Shown: positions 45,862 to 55,434 of the stretch, piece after piece
Layout of the letters: the number at the start of each line of letters is the position of its first letter
Numbering within the stretch: the stretch's first letter is position 1
NCBI GenBank assembly: GCA_003663325.1
Contig: QMZT01000001.1
Span: 15,366 to 79,365 of the forward strand
Direction: 5' to 3'
DNA: 64,000 nt
Source of the DNA: Candidatus Aenigmatarchaeota archaeon
GTDB lineage: Archaea; Aenigmatarchaeota; Aenigmatarchaeia; QMZP01; QMZT01
Notes under the pieces: generated by a model
The model's database searches: none
Seen by the model: the letters and a program-made list of their open reading frames with translations, nothing else
What the model was told of the DNA's origin: nothing
Program-made: the position numbers and the translations under genes

Positions 45862-46506
45862 TTAAATATTTGACGCCCTGCTCAGCTTTTGATACTCAAA
45901 ATAAGAATAAATTATAGCATAAATAGCAACTAAGATTACTGGAATGAGAACAAAAAATATTGCATAGCTTTGAAAAACCATGCCAATAAGACTAATCACG
46001 CTTGCAACCTTGAATAATTTTCCGCACATCTTATGCGTTCTATTCCATACCCTTTCATTGCTTAAAGTCCAAGGTGTTCTTATGCCAATAAACCAATTTC
46101 TTTTTGCGTTCTCACAAAGAATACCAAAATAATAGAAAAGTATGGCGCATGCAGGTATTATAGCAATAGGTGTGTTAACTTTAATTCCCAAATTCCAGAG
46201 AATAACAAAAAGATAAATCCAAAATAAAAACATGGCAATTATAATTATAAACCTATCATAATATTTTCTGAATCTTTCAATATTTCTTTTCAGTGGGTCT
46301 ACTTTTGGTATGGTAAAAAGGGCTAAGCTTGTGATAACGATCAACAAAGGAAAAGAAAGTATCCAAATTTTTGGCACGTACCCATCAACCTTACCTCCAG
46401 CATTCCAATGTGAAGCTATCTTTTCTGGCAGCATAGGATAAAAATATATAGCAATAATGAAAGAAAGAAAAGCTATTCCCACAATAACTATCTTGGCCAT
46501 TTTCAT
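45862..46506 (-). CDS. SdpI family (DUF1648 + SdpI) membrane protein
   Basis: LPEKIASHWN..G.VDG, NWFIGIRTPWTLS...W.RTH. Confidence 0.9.
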   Translation of the reverse strand: MKMAKIVIVGIAFLSFIIAIYFYPMLPEKIASHWNAGGKVDGYVPKIWILSFPLLIVITSLALFTIPKVDPLKRNIERFRKYYDRFIIIIAMFLFWIYLFVILWNLGIKVNTPIAIIPACAILFYYFGILCENAKRNWFIGIRTPWTLSNERVWNRTHKMCGKLFKVASVISLIGMVFQSYAIFFVLIPVILVAIYAIIYSYFEYQKLSRASNI

Positions 46507-46557
46507 AATCCAAAACCTCGATTATTTTTTGTTCATCTGTCTTAAATATTTAAAAAT

Positions 46558-48105
46558 TCACATATCTAGAAAATCCCTTAGGCTTGTTTTTTTCTTTACC
46601 TTGATACCCTTGCTTTTTATACCATAAAGTGTCCTCTTCATTGTTTTTTCCTTCTTTAAAGAGCTCCAATAGTACGCTTCATCCCTTGTCCCCTTCGTTA
46701 CCAATATTATTATCTTCCCGACACTATGCCTTCCAACCCTTCCCCTTCTTTGTATATTCCTTATCTCTGAGGGAACGGGCTCATAAAAGATTGCTATATC
46801 CATAGATGGTATATCTAGCCCTTCCTCACTCACAGAGGTTCCAACCAGTATATTATACTTTCCCTCTCTAAAATCCTTTAAACGTCTTGCTTGCTCCTTT
46901 TGTGTTATCCCCTCTTTTTGCCCAACAAAAACAACAGGCCTCGCATTATCTATCCTTTTAAGTATCTCTACCAATTCCTTTACCGTGCTCCTATAGTTTG
47001 CAAATATTATTATTTTAACCTGTCCTTTCTTCAAAGCGTCCTCAACTATGCCGCAAAGCATACCTATTTTTGGATGGATGATACCCTTTTCGAAAAGCTC
47101 TTTTGTTTTTTTAATAGCTTGCACAAAATTATAATTTTTTAAAAGCTCAAAAACAGCTCTGCTTTTCTCCTTTTTCATTTTCTCAAAATACTCATGCAAA
47201 AACTTTATCCCTTGCGTTTCTAACAACTCCAGCCCGTGCTCCACCTTTATAGCCTTTGTCAATATTGTTATTGCAAAAAATGCCTTCTTATTGCCTTTTT
47301 CAATGTTTTCTATAACTGTTTTTTGTAGCTTGAGCAAATCCTTCCTGGTTACGAGATTTATAGGCTTGGACAAACCAAACTTCTTTAGCTTTTCCAATTC
47401 CTTTTTATAAACGCTCATTAAAAGTTCTCTAATACTTTTCATACTCTCTGGAAGCTTAACGTATACCCATTCTATATCCTTCCTTTTTACCCATGGCTTT
47501 ACATCCTCATCCCTCTCTGTCCTTATCTCCACATCCTCTATCCCTAAATTTTTGCATATCTCTTCAATTTTTTCTCTTTTGCCGCCAGGAGAAGCTGTCA
47601 GACCAAGTATATGCGGTTTCTTTCCATGCTTTTTATAATATTTTGCTATGAATACATATGCATAGTTTCCGATGGCATGATGGGCCTCGTCAAATATGAT
47701 AAGACTGAAGTTATTAAGCCTTAACCTGCCACGCTCTATATCATTCTTTATAACTTGAGGAGTAGAAAATATGAGATTGCAATTTTCATACAATACCTTT
47801 CTTTTCTCTGGCTTTATTGAACCCGTGGTTATGCACATCTTGCTTACATCCATATCCATTATATCTGCAAACGAATGCATATGCTGTTCAACGAGTGGTT
47901 TTGTTGGCGCAAGCATGAGAACCTTAGAATCTGGCATTTCCTTTAATTTATACGCAGCTAGCATTATTGCTATGGCGGTCTTTCCTAAGCCTGTGGGAAG
48001 TACACACAGCAAGCTTTTTTTTACAGCCTTTGCAAATATAAGCTCTTGGTAGATCCTAGCCTCAAGCTTATTTTTCTTTATGAGTGGGTGATTTACGTAT
48101 GCCAT
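46558..48105 (-). CDS. Hef/FANCM-like DEAH helicase without ERCC4 nuclease domain
   Basis: LEARIYQ, LPTGLGKT, DEAHH, LTASPG, EEGLDIP, QRRGRVGR; ends in PIP-like TSLRDFL. Confidence 0.9.
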   Translation of the reverse strand: MAYVNHPLIKKNKLEARIYQELIFAKAVKKSLLCVLPTGLGKTAIAIMLAAYKLKEMPDSKVLMLAPTKPLVEQHMHSFADIMDMDVSKMCITTGSIKPEKRKVLYENCNLIFSTPQVIKNDIERGRLRLNNFSLIIFDEAHHAIGNYAYVFIAKYYKKHGKKPHILGLTASPGGKREKIEEICKNLGIEDVEIRTERDEDVKPWVKRKDIEWVYVKLPESMKSIRELLMSVYKKELEKLKKFGLSKPINLVTRKDLLKLQKTVIENIEKGNKKAFFAITILTKAIKVEHGLELLETQGIKFLHEYFEKMKKEKSRAVFELLKNYNFVQAIKKTKELFEKGIIHPKIGMLCGIVEDALKKGQVKIIIFANYRSTVKELVEILKRIDNARPVVFVGQKEGITQKEQARRLKDFREGKYNILVGTSVSEEGLDIPSMDIAIFYEPVPSEIRNIQRRGRVGRHSVGKIIILVTKGTRDEAYYWSSLKKEKTMKRTLYGIKSKGIKVKKKTSLRDFLDM

Positions 48106-48139
48106 AAACCTTTATTAAAATTAGGAGTTAAAAATTATA

Positions 48140-48496
48140 GTGATGTCAAGCAAATGTAAGCAGGTTGTTGGATTGGTGGAAAAGATAAAGATAGTTGGCA
48201 ATGATAAAGCCATAGAGACACTAGCTCTAATGGATACCGGGGCTATTAGAACGTCTATAGATATGTCTCTTGCCGCTGAAGCAAAACTTGGGCCTATTGT
48301 TGGTATTGAAAAAATAAAGCAATCCTCTACAAAGAGGTCTACTAAAAGACCAATAGTGGAAGCTATTATAGAGCTTAAGGGCAAAAGATTTAAGAAGAAG
48401 GTAAACTTGCAGGATCGTTCTCATATGAGATACCTTGCAATTATTGGAAGGGATATACTTAAAGGAAATTTCATAGTGGATCCAGAAAAGGGATAA
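48140..48496 (+). CDS. RimK-associated retropepsin-like protease
   Basis: MDTGAIRTSID, RPIV, DRSHMRY..IIGRD. Confidence 0.85.
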   Translation: MMSSKCKQVVGLVEKIKIVGNDKAIETLALMDTGAIRTSIDMSLAAEAKLGPIVGIEKIKQSSTKRSTKRPIVEAIIELKGKRFKKKVNLQDRSHMRYLAIIGRDILKGNFIVDPEKG

Positions 48497-48536
48497 ATCT
48501 TATATAATATCGTATCTAACTAAAAATGGTGATAAA

Positions 48537-48740
48537 ATGGAAAGGCTTCCCTTTGCCACGCTTGAAAGAATATTAAAAGATGCTGGCGCTAAAAGAGTAT
48601 CAAAAAGTGCAGTTATGGAATTCAACGATGTTATTATGGATTTTGCAAATAATATTGCTAGAGCCGCTATAAAGTTTGCAGAGCATGCGGGCAGAAGGAC
48701 TGTTACAGCTAAGGATGTGAAGCTTGCAAGAAAATACTGA
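48537..48740 (+). CDS. Archaeal histone (HMf family)
   Basis: LPFATLERILKDAGAKRVS...AEHAGRRTVTAKDV. Confidence 0.96.
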   Translation: MERLPFATLERILKDAGAKRVSKSAVMEFNDVIMDFANNIARAAIKFAEHAGRRTVTAKDVKLARKY

Positions 48741-48741
48741 A

Positions 48742-49152
48742 CTATTTCTTACTCTTTGGTTTTATTTTTGGCAATGGCAATGGTATTGGTAACTGCAAAT
48801 CCTCTGCTATTCCTACAATCTTTATTAAGCATTTCTTGAAAAGATAGTTCATTATCTCTATAGTCTCTTTTTCCGGTATCTTATTATCTTTGTTCCACAA
48901 CTCCAGTATCTCCTTGTTATTATCTGTCAAATAGAGCAGCTCGCCAGAAATCTTTATGTTCCCTATGTTTGGCATGTATGATGTTTCAAACTCAAAAAGC
49001 ATTGATAGAACCTTCTTTCCTATTGTTGGCACTGTAACTTCTTTGACACCCAATATCCTTGGGGTTGAATTTATCTTTATTTCCTCATGCCCTGCAAACT
49101 CCTCGCTCTTTTTTGCATCTATGCCCTGAAAGGATAAACCAACTACAGGCAT
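48742..49152 (-). CDS. Conserved archaeal hypothetical protein (possibly SecB-like fold)
   Basis: Beta-rich N-terminal half, helix, C-terminal LQLPIPLPLPKI. Confidence 0.5.
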   Translation of the reverse strand: MPVVGLSFQGIDAKKSEEFAGHEEIKINSTPRILGVKEVTVPTIGKKVLSMLFEFETSYMPNIGNIKISGELLYLTDNNKEILELWNKDNKIPEKETIEIMNYLFKKCLIKIVGIAEDLQLPIPLPLPKIKPKSKK

Positions 49153-49231
49153 TTTACCTCCTCCATTTAGTTATAATTCTTATTTGAAGTTAAATCTTTT
49201 AAATATTCCCCATAAAATTAAATAGGTAAAA

Positions 49232-49768
49232 ATGAAGAAAATACTCGTCCCACTTTCAAACGGGTTTGAAGAAATAGAAGCCGTTACAATAATTGATGTA
49301 TTGAGAAGGGCTGGAATAGAGGTCGTTGTTTCTGGCATCCCGGGCAGTATAGTTCAAGGTGCTCATGGTATAAGTGTGGTAGCCGATACAAGGTTACAGA
49401 ATATTAAAGAGGAAGAATTTGATGGTATAGTATTGCCCGGCGGAGATCCTGGCTATAAAAACCTTATGAAATCACACGATATATTGATGCTTGTAAAGAA
49501 ATTTTATGAAAATGGGAAGCTTGTTGGTGCGATATGCGCAGCTCCGCTTGTGCTTGCAAAGGCCGGTGTGCTAGACAATAAATTAGCTACGATATACCCT
49601 GGAATGGAAAGGGACATACCAAGACCAAGAGACGCTAGCGTTATAGTTGATGGCAACGTTATAACCTCCAAAGGTCCGGGAACGGCAATTGAATTTGCTT
49701 TGGCTATTGTTGAATACCTTCTCGGAAAAGCTAAGGCTATTGAGCTCAAAAACATTATTGTGGCATGA
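49232..49768 (+). CDS. DJ-1/YajL/PfpI family protein
   Basis: GFEEIEA, VLPGG, GAICAAP, TSKGPGTA. Confidence 0.93.
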   Translation: MKKILVPLSNGFEEIEAVTIIDVLRRAGIEVVVSGIPGSIVQGAHGISVVADTRLQNIKEEEFDGIVLPGGDPGYKNLMKSHDILMLVKKFYENGKLVGAICAAPLVLAKAGVLDNKLATIYPGMERDIPRPRDASVIVDGNVITSKGPGTAIEFALAIVEYLLGKAKAIELKNIIVA

Positions 49769-49829
49769 TTTAATATTCATTTAAAAATTTTATTGTCATA
49801 AATTAATCATAATATTTCAGAGGGAAAGC

Positions 49830-50186
49830 ATGGTATTAGAAAAGATAAGAGGAATAGCAAAGAAGAGTGTTGTGGATGAAGAATTTGATGTGAATGAGGA
49901 TTACATAGAGGTTGATGTTTCAGAAGCGGAGAAAAAACAAGGAAAGGTAATAATAAGGGTTGACAAGCTTGAGAGCTTCTCAGATACGGAGAGGGTTGTA
50001 AAACATCTTAGGGACGGTGCATTAGTATTTTTAAAGATAAAAAACCTCAGGGAAAAGGATATGGGTGATCTTAAGAGGTCTGTTGAAAGGATCAAAAAGA
50101 CTATAATTGCTATAGGTGGGGATATAGTAGGTATTGAGCAGGATTGGCTTATATTAACACCAGATTATGCAAGGATAGAAAGATAA
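49830..50186 (+). CDS. sepF: Cell division protein SepF
   Basis: DYIEVD linker; LRDGALVFL; IGGDIVG...LILTP. Confidence 0.88.
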   Translation: MVLEKIRGIAKKSVVDEEFDVNEDYIEVDVSEAEKKQGKVIIRVDKLESFSDTERVVKHLRDGALVFLKIKNLREKDMGDLKRSVERIKKTIIAIGGDIVGIEQDWLILTPDYARIER

Positions 50187-50206
50187 AATATTTTTAATGG
50201 GATTAA

Positions 50207-50656
50207 ATGAATAGAGCAAAGTATATAATGTCATTCTTTATAGTAATAACAATGCTCCTTTCCATTGTAGGTTTTGCGATAATCTCTGTTACACCTCTTC
50301 AAAAAAGAAGCGGATTCAGTTTACCTCTTGTTATTAATAGAACACTTACACAAGAAGAGAGAGCAAGCGTTGTCAGGAGTGGTAGAACGCTCATAGAATA
50401 TATCTTCCCTGCATCATGCTATTCATGTTTTGAAAAAAGATCGATGTATGTCAGGTTTGTTAATAGTCCAGACTATAAAGGATACGTGGTGCTGGAAAGC
50501 GTAGCGAGCGATATAAATGAGAGCATAGATAGGATGATAGGTATGTACGGCAATGTTTATGATCTAACAAACATTACAACACAAGAGGAGCTCGAGAAGT
50601 TATTTTGCGAGGCAGCGTTAATTAAACCAGAGATATGCGTACTTTTTGAGATATGA
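50207..50656 (+). CDS. Membrane-anchored protein with CxxC (thioredoxin-like)
   Basis: N-terminal TM helix; CYSC; C-terminal Cys pair. Confidence 0.55.
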   Translation: MNRAKYIMSFFIVITMLLSIVGFAIISVTPLQKRSGFSLPLVINRTLTQEERASVVRSGRTLIEYIFPASCYSCFEKRSMYVRFVNSPDYKGYVVLESVASDINESIDRMIGMYGNVYDLTNITTQEELEKLFCEAALIKPEICVLFEI

Positions 50657-50692
50657 GAACACTCAATTTTTAAAAAACTTGTTGGAAATTTA

Positions 50693-51232
50693 TTGGTTAT
50701 GAAAAGGAATAGTTTGGATGATGTAAGAAATTATGCCCAGAGATTTAAAGATGAGGTTGATAGATGGCGCTGTTCTATTCAATTGGCTCCATATTATAGG
50801 TTTGGTGAGTGGCTACGTGAGAATGAAAAGGATAGTAAAGAATTGCCAGAGATATGCAAGAAATACGCAAATATGAGGCATGCCGCTTCACATGCTAATG
50901 GGTTCTTAGGCCGTGGTGAATATGTATTAGCATTGCCTGTCTCTAATGGATGTGTTGTTGCAAACATGAGGCTGGAGGGAGAGGCAGAAAGAATTAAAAG
51001 GGAGTATAGATTGGATGATGAACAAGCAAAGCGCATTGCTATTCAATTTGCCGGATACGCGAGCAAAGCAATTGAAGAAGGGGATATAGAGGCTGCCATT
51101 TGTGCTTGGAAGGCTGGTGGTTTTTTGGACGAAGACGTGCCATCAAGCATTGCAAGAAAACTAAAAGGCTACGCGAGGAAAAGCTATGCGAATGCAAAAA
51201 GATTGTTAGAATTGCTGGATGAAATTGGGTAA
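50693..51232 (+). CDS. Hypothetical protein
   Basis: 179-aa ORF filling the gap on the local coding strand. Confidence 0.6.
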   Translation: MVMKRNSLDDVRNYAQRFKDEVDRWRCSIQLAPYYRFGEWLRENEKDSKELPEICKKYANMRHAASHANGFLGRGEYVLALPVSNGCVVANMRLEGEAERIKREYRLDDEQAKRIAIQFAGYASKAIEEGDIEAAICAWKAGGFLDEDVPSSIARKLKGYARKSYANAKRLLELLDEIG

Positions 51233-51250
51233 GCAAGAAGGAGGTAAGCT

Positions 51251-51258
51251 TTTAAATA
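51251..51258 (+). promoter_or_regulatory. TATA box of the rpl1-rpl10-rpl12 operon
   Basis: TTTAAATA about 22 nt upstream of the leader hairpin. Confidence 0.5.
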
Positions 51259-51280
51259 CTTTTCTAACTAAACATTAATA

Positions 51281-51307
51281 ACCCGCTAACTACTTCGGTA
51301 GGAGGGT
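51281..51307 (+). promoter_or_regulatory. Putative uL1-binding autoregulatory leader overlapping the SD sequence
   Basis: ACCC-GCTAA-CTAC-TTCG-GTAG-GA-GGGT: two helices around an asymmetric GCUAA/GA loop; contains GGAGG. Confidence 0.7.
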
Positions 51308-51311
51308 AAAG

Positions 51312-51944
51312 ATGAAAAACATTTTAGAGGCTTTGAGAAAGGCAAGGGAAGAGAGCAAGAAAAGAAAATTTACTCAAACATGGGATCTAATTTTAGCGCT
51401 TAAGAATATAGACTTGAAAAAGCCTGAAAATAGAATTAATTTGGAATTTTCCCTGCCTGAGGGAAGGGGAAAAGATGTCAAGGTGTTGTTTATTGCAGAT
51501 ACGCTCTTGGAGGACGCAAAAAAGCATGCACATCTCGTTATTTCAAAAAATGAGCTTGAGAAGATAGGTAAAAATAAAAAGCTTATAAAGAAATACGCAT
51601 CCCAATATGATTGGTTGTTTGCGGAAGCCCCACTTATGCCTTTAGTCGGAAAGCTATTTGGTACTGTTCTAGGGCCCAGAGGCAAGATGCCTAAACCTGT
51701 TTCCCCCAAAGCCAAGGTTGAGCCTTTCATAGAATCTGCAAAGAAATTGGTAAGGATAAGAGTAAAGGACAGCCCTGTTATTCATATCCCTGTAGGCACA
51801 GAGGATATGGAAGATGAAAAGGTTGCAAAGAATATAGAGGCTGTTTACAATTTTATAAAGGAGAGATTGCCAAAGGGGGTTGCAAACATAAAGAATGTTT
51901 ATATAAAGTTAACAATGGGGAAACCTGTAAAGTTGGAAATGTGA
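51312..51944 (+). CDS. rpl1: 50S ribosomal protein uL1
   Basis: KRKFTQTWDL, LGPRGKMP, KLTMGKP. Confidence 0.97.
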   Translation: MKNILEALRKAREESKKRKFTQTWDLILALKNIDLKKPENRINLEFSLPEGRGKDVKVLFIADTLLEDAKKHAHLVISKNELEKIGKNKKLIKKYASQYDWLFAEAPLMPLVGKLFGTVLGPRGKMPKPVSPKAKVEPFIESAKKLVRIRVKDSPVIHIPVGTEDMEDEKVAKNIEAVYNFIKERLPKGVANIKNVYIKLTMGKPVKLEM

Positions 51945-51948
51945 TAGT

Positions 51949-52791
51949 ATGGTATCTGAGAAGAAGAAAAGGATTGTAGAAGAGATAGCAAAGGAGATGA
52001 AAAATTATAAAGTTATTGGTATAGTTAATATGTTTAAATTACCTGCAAGGCAATTGCAAGATATAAAAAGGAAAATGAAAGGAAAGGCAAAGATAGTAAT
52101 GGTTAAAAAAAGACTTATAACCAGAGCCATAGATAAATCGGGTAAAAAGGGGCTGAAAAAATTAATAGATTATATAGAAGGGCAACCTGCGCTGATTTTC
52201 GCTAACACAAACCCGTTTGAAATAGCAAAGATAATAGACTCTGCCAAATCACCAGCTTTCGCAAAACCCGGTGACATAGCACCAAAAGATATAGTTATAA
52301 AGGCCGGTCCAACCCCACTTAAAGCCGGACCCGTTATAGGTGAGCTGCAACGTGCAAAATTGCCAGTATCCGTGGAGGGTGAAAATATAGTAATAAGGGA
52401 AGATACACTTTTTGTGAAGGAAGGCGAGGAAATAGACAAAACAAAGGCAGATATACTTGGAAAGCTTGGTATCGAGCCCATGGAGATTAAGCTTAGTTTG
52501 GTTGCTGCTTATGAAGATGGGATTGTTTACACAAGTGATATACTTTTCGTACCAAAAGAAAAATATGTAGAGGATTTAATGAATGCACATGCTGCTGCAT
52601 TCAACTTGGCGTTAAATATAAATTACATAACTACATATACGTTACCATTACTATTATCCAAGGCATATAATGCTGCACTCAGCTTGGCGTTAAATGCTGC
52701 TATACCAACAAAAGAAGTATTGCCGCAGCTAATGGCAAAGGCTAATGCTCACATGATGGCATTAAAAGCCATAATAGCTAAAGAAAAATAA
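51949..52791 (+). CDS. rpl10: 50S ribosomal protein uL10 (P0)
   Basis: AKPGDIAP, GPTPLKAGP, LGIEPM. Confidence 0.96.
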   Translation: MVSEKKKRIVEEIAKEMKNYKVIGIVNMFKLPARQLQDIKRKMKGKAKIVMVKKRLITRAIDKSGKKGLKKLIDYIEGQPALIFANTNPFEIAKIIDSAKSPAFAKPGDIAPKDIVIKAGPTPLKAGPVIGELQRAKLPVSVEGENIVIREDTLFVKEGEEIDKTKADILGKLGIEPMEIKLSLVAAYEDGIVYTSDILFVPKEKYVEDLMNAHAAAFNLALNINYITTYTLPLLLSKAYNAALSLALNAAIPTKEVLPQLMAKANAHMMALKAIIAKEK

Positions 52792-52804
52792 TGGAGGTGT
52801 GTAA

Positions 52805-53107
52805 ATGGAGATGATATACGCCGTGTTGCTGTTGCATAGTATGGGCAAAGAGGTAACGGAGGAATCGCTAAAGAAGGTATTAGAGGCTGCAGGAGGGAAG
52901 GTTGATGAAGCACAAGTAAAAGCATTGGTTACAAACCTTAAGGATGTAGATATAGATGAGGCAATAAAACAGACACCTGTGGCTCAGGTGCAAGCAGCAG
53001 AGCCCGCTAAAGAAGAGAAGGAAGAAAAGAAGGAAGAGGAAGAGAAAAAGGAAGAAGAGAAATCAGAAAAAGAGGCTGCAGCAGGACTAAGTGCACTATT
53101 TGGCTAA
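52805..53107 (+). CDS. rpl12: 50S ribosomal protein P1 (L12p)
   Basis: [11 protein letters not shown], acidic hinge, [10 protein letters not shown]. Confidence 0.97.
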   Translation: MEMIYAVLLLHSMGKEVTEESLKKVLEAAGGKVDEAQVKALVTNLKDVDIDEAIKQTPVAQVQAAEPAKEEKEEKKEEEEKKEEEKSEKEAAAGLSALFG

Positions 53108-53166
53108 AACTCTTTCTTATTTTTCTTTAGCAAAACAATAAAATTAGCCTTAGCTATATAATTAAT

Positions 53167-55434
53167 ATGAAAAAGCCGTTCGTTCTGTGGTTTAAGGAGA
53201 TAAGCAACAAAGATGTTCACCTAGTAGGTGGAAAGAATGCGTCCCTTGGGGAAATGATTTCAAAAACAAATATCCCTGTACCAGATGGGTTTGCAATAAC
53301 CTCCTATGCATATCAATATTTTATTAAAAAAAATGGGCTTGAGGATTTTATAAAGAAAAAGCTTGCTAAATTAGATACGAGCAATATTAAAATGTTAAGA
53401 AAGCTTGCTAAAGAGATAAGAAGCGCGATAAAAAATGCCAAGATGCCAAAAGAATTAGAAAGAGAAGTGCTTAAATATTACAAAAAAATGTGTAAAAGGT
53501 TTGGGAAAGAGATACTTGTTGCCGTTAGGAGCTCAGCAACCGCTGAAGATTTACCCACAGCAAGCTTTGCTGGACAACAAGAAACATATTTGAATGTTAA
53601 AGGGGACGAGCTTATAGAAAGGATAAAGGATTGCTTTGCCTCTTTGTTCACAGACAGGGCTATAAGTTATAGAGAAAACAAGGGATTCGATCATTTTAAA
53701 ATTGCACTATCTGTAGGTATAGAAAAGATGGTAAACTCTGTTGCAAGTGGGGTTATGTTTAGCATAGACCCAAACACGGGTTTTAGAAACCTTATAGTTA
53801 TAGAGGCCATTTATGGTCTTGGTGAGTATATCGTTCAGGGAAAAGTATCGCCGGATGAATACCACGTATTTAAACCAACAATGGGGGTGGTATTTAAAAA
53901 GATCGGAAGCAAGGATAAGATGCTTGTGAGGGAAGGGAATAAAACTGTAGAAAAGAGCGTAAGTAACAAAATGAGAAAAAGCTATGTGCTGAGCAATGAG
54001 GAAATAAAGGAGCTTGGAAAGTACGCTATGCTTATAGAGAGGCATTATGGAAGGCCAATGGATATGGAATGGGCAAAGGATGAAGATGGCAAGCTTTATA
54101 TAGTTCAGGCAAGACCTGAAACAGTACACGGAATTAAAACAGAGCGTATAATAAGAAAATATGTTTTGAAAGAGAAAAGCAGAGTTCTTTTGAGAGGGGA
54201 TTCTGTAGGAAGGAAGATAACAGCAGGCAAGGTCAATATAATAAAAAGCATTAAAGATATAGGAAGGTTTAAGCGGGGCCAGATCTTGGTCACAGAAATG
54301 ACGGATCCTGATTGGGAGCCTATAATGAAAATGGCATCTGGTATAATTACAGATAAAGGCGGGCTTACGTGTCATGCCGCTATAGTAAGTAGGGAGCTTG
54401 GTGTACCTGCCATAGTAGGAACAGCTAATGCTACAAAAAGATTAAAGAACGGTATGGATATTACCTTAGATTGTAGTGAAAAGGAAGGCAAGGTCTGGGA
54501 AGGCACGCTTAGGTATGAAATCGTAGAGGAGAAGGTAGAGCGTATACCTGAAACAAACACAAAGATAATGGTTAACGTTGCAACACCTGAAGAAGCTTTA
54601 CAGGCTTCACTTTTACCAGTAGATGGTGTTGGTCTGGCTAGGGAGGAGTTTATAATAAATGATCACATAGGAGAGCATCCATTGAAGATGATAGAAGAAA
54701 ACAGGGCTGATGAGTTTGTAAAAAAGCTTGCCGAAGGAATAGCAGGCATAGCCATGCCTTTTTATCCAAGAGAGGTTATAGTAAGGTTTTCTGATTTCAA
54801 AACAAATGAGTATGCAAACCTTAAAGGTGGCAAGAAATACGAACCAAAGGAAGACAATCCTATGATAGGATGGAGAGGGGCATCAAGATATATAAGCAAG
54901 GAGTTTAAGCCAGCCTTTAGGTTAGAATGCAGAGCTATTAAAATGGTTATTGATGAGTTTGGAATAAACAATTTAAGTGTTATGATACCATTTTGCAGGA
55001 CTTTGGAAGAGGCTAAGGAGGTATTAAAAATAATGAAGGAGGAAGGATTGAGCAGGAGAAAGATAAATATATATGTGATGGCTGAGATACCCTCCAATAT
55101 AATACTGGCTGAGGAATTTGCAAAGTACTTTGATGGGTTTTCGATAGGAAGTAACGATTTAACACAACTTACATTGGGTATAGATAGGGATAACGAGAGG
55201 CTTTCAAAGGAGTTTGATGAAAGGAACACGGCAGTAAAAAGATTGATAAAGGAACTTATAAGAGTAGGAAAAGAAAATAATAAATATGTGGGTATATGCG
55301 GTGAAGCACCAAGCAACTATCCTGAGATAGTAAGGTTTTTGGTTAAGAACGGCATAACCTCAATATCCGTAAATCCTGATGTTGCAATAAAAACAAAACT
55401 CATAGTCTCGGAGGTTGAGAAGAATGAAAAATGA
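53167..55434 (+). CDS. ppsA: Phosphoenolpyruvate synthase
   Basis: VGGKNASLGE, RSSATAEDL..ASFAGQQET, TCHAAIVSRE, SIGSNDLTQ. Confidence 0.96.
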   Translation: MKKPFVLWFKEISNKDVHLVGGKNASLGEMISKTNIPVPDGFAITSYAYQYFIKKNGLEDFIKKKLAKLDTSNIKMLRKLAKEIRSAIKNAKMPKELEREVLKYYKKMCKRFGKEILVAVRSSATAEDLPTASFAGQQETYLNVKGDELIERIKDCFASLFTDRAISYRENKGFDHFKIALSVGIEKMVNSVASGVMFSIDPNTGFRNLIVIEAIYGLGEYIVQGKVSPDEYHVFKPTMGVVFKKIGSKDKMLVREGNKTVEKSVSNKMRKSYVLSNEEIKELGKYAMLIERHYGRPMDMEWAKDEDGKLYIVQARPETVHGIKTERIIRKYVLKEKSRVLLRGDSVGRKITAGKVNIIKSIKDIGRFKRGQILVTEMTDPDWEPIMKMASGIITDKGGLTCHAAIVSRELGVPAIVGTANATKRLKNGMDITLDCSEKEGKVWEGTLRYEIVEEKVERIPETNTKIMVNVATPEEALQASLLPVDGVGLAREEFIINDHIGEHPLKMIEENRADEFVKKLAEGIAGIAMPFYPREVIVRFSDFKTNEYANLKGGKKYEPKEDNPMIGWRGASRYISKEFKPAFRLECRAIKMVIDEFGINNLSVMIPFCRTLEEAKEVLKIMKEEGLSRRKINIYVMAEIPSNIILAEEFAKYFDGFSIGSNDLTQLTLGIDRDNERLSKEFDERNTAVKRLIKELIRVGKENNKYVGICGEAPSNYPEIVRFLVKNGITSISVNPDVAIKTKLIVSEVEKNEK

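Noticed and set aside
45862..46506. SdpI as a sign of a toxin-immunity system
   Set aside because: No adjacent toxin or SdpAB genes; stand-alone SdpI-family genes are common
53005..53075. GAA/AAG-rich low-complexity tract
   Set aside because: Normal acidic hinge of ribosomal protein P1
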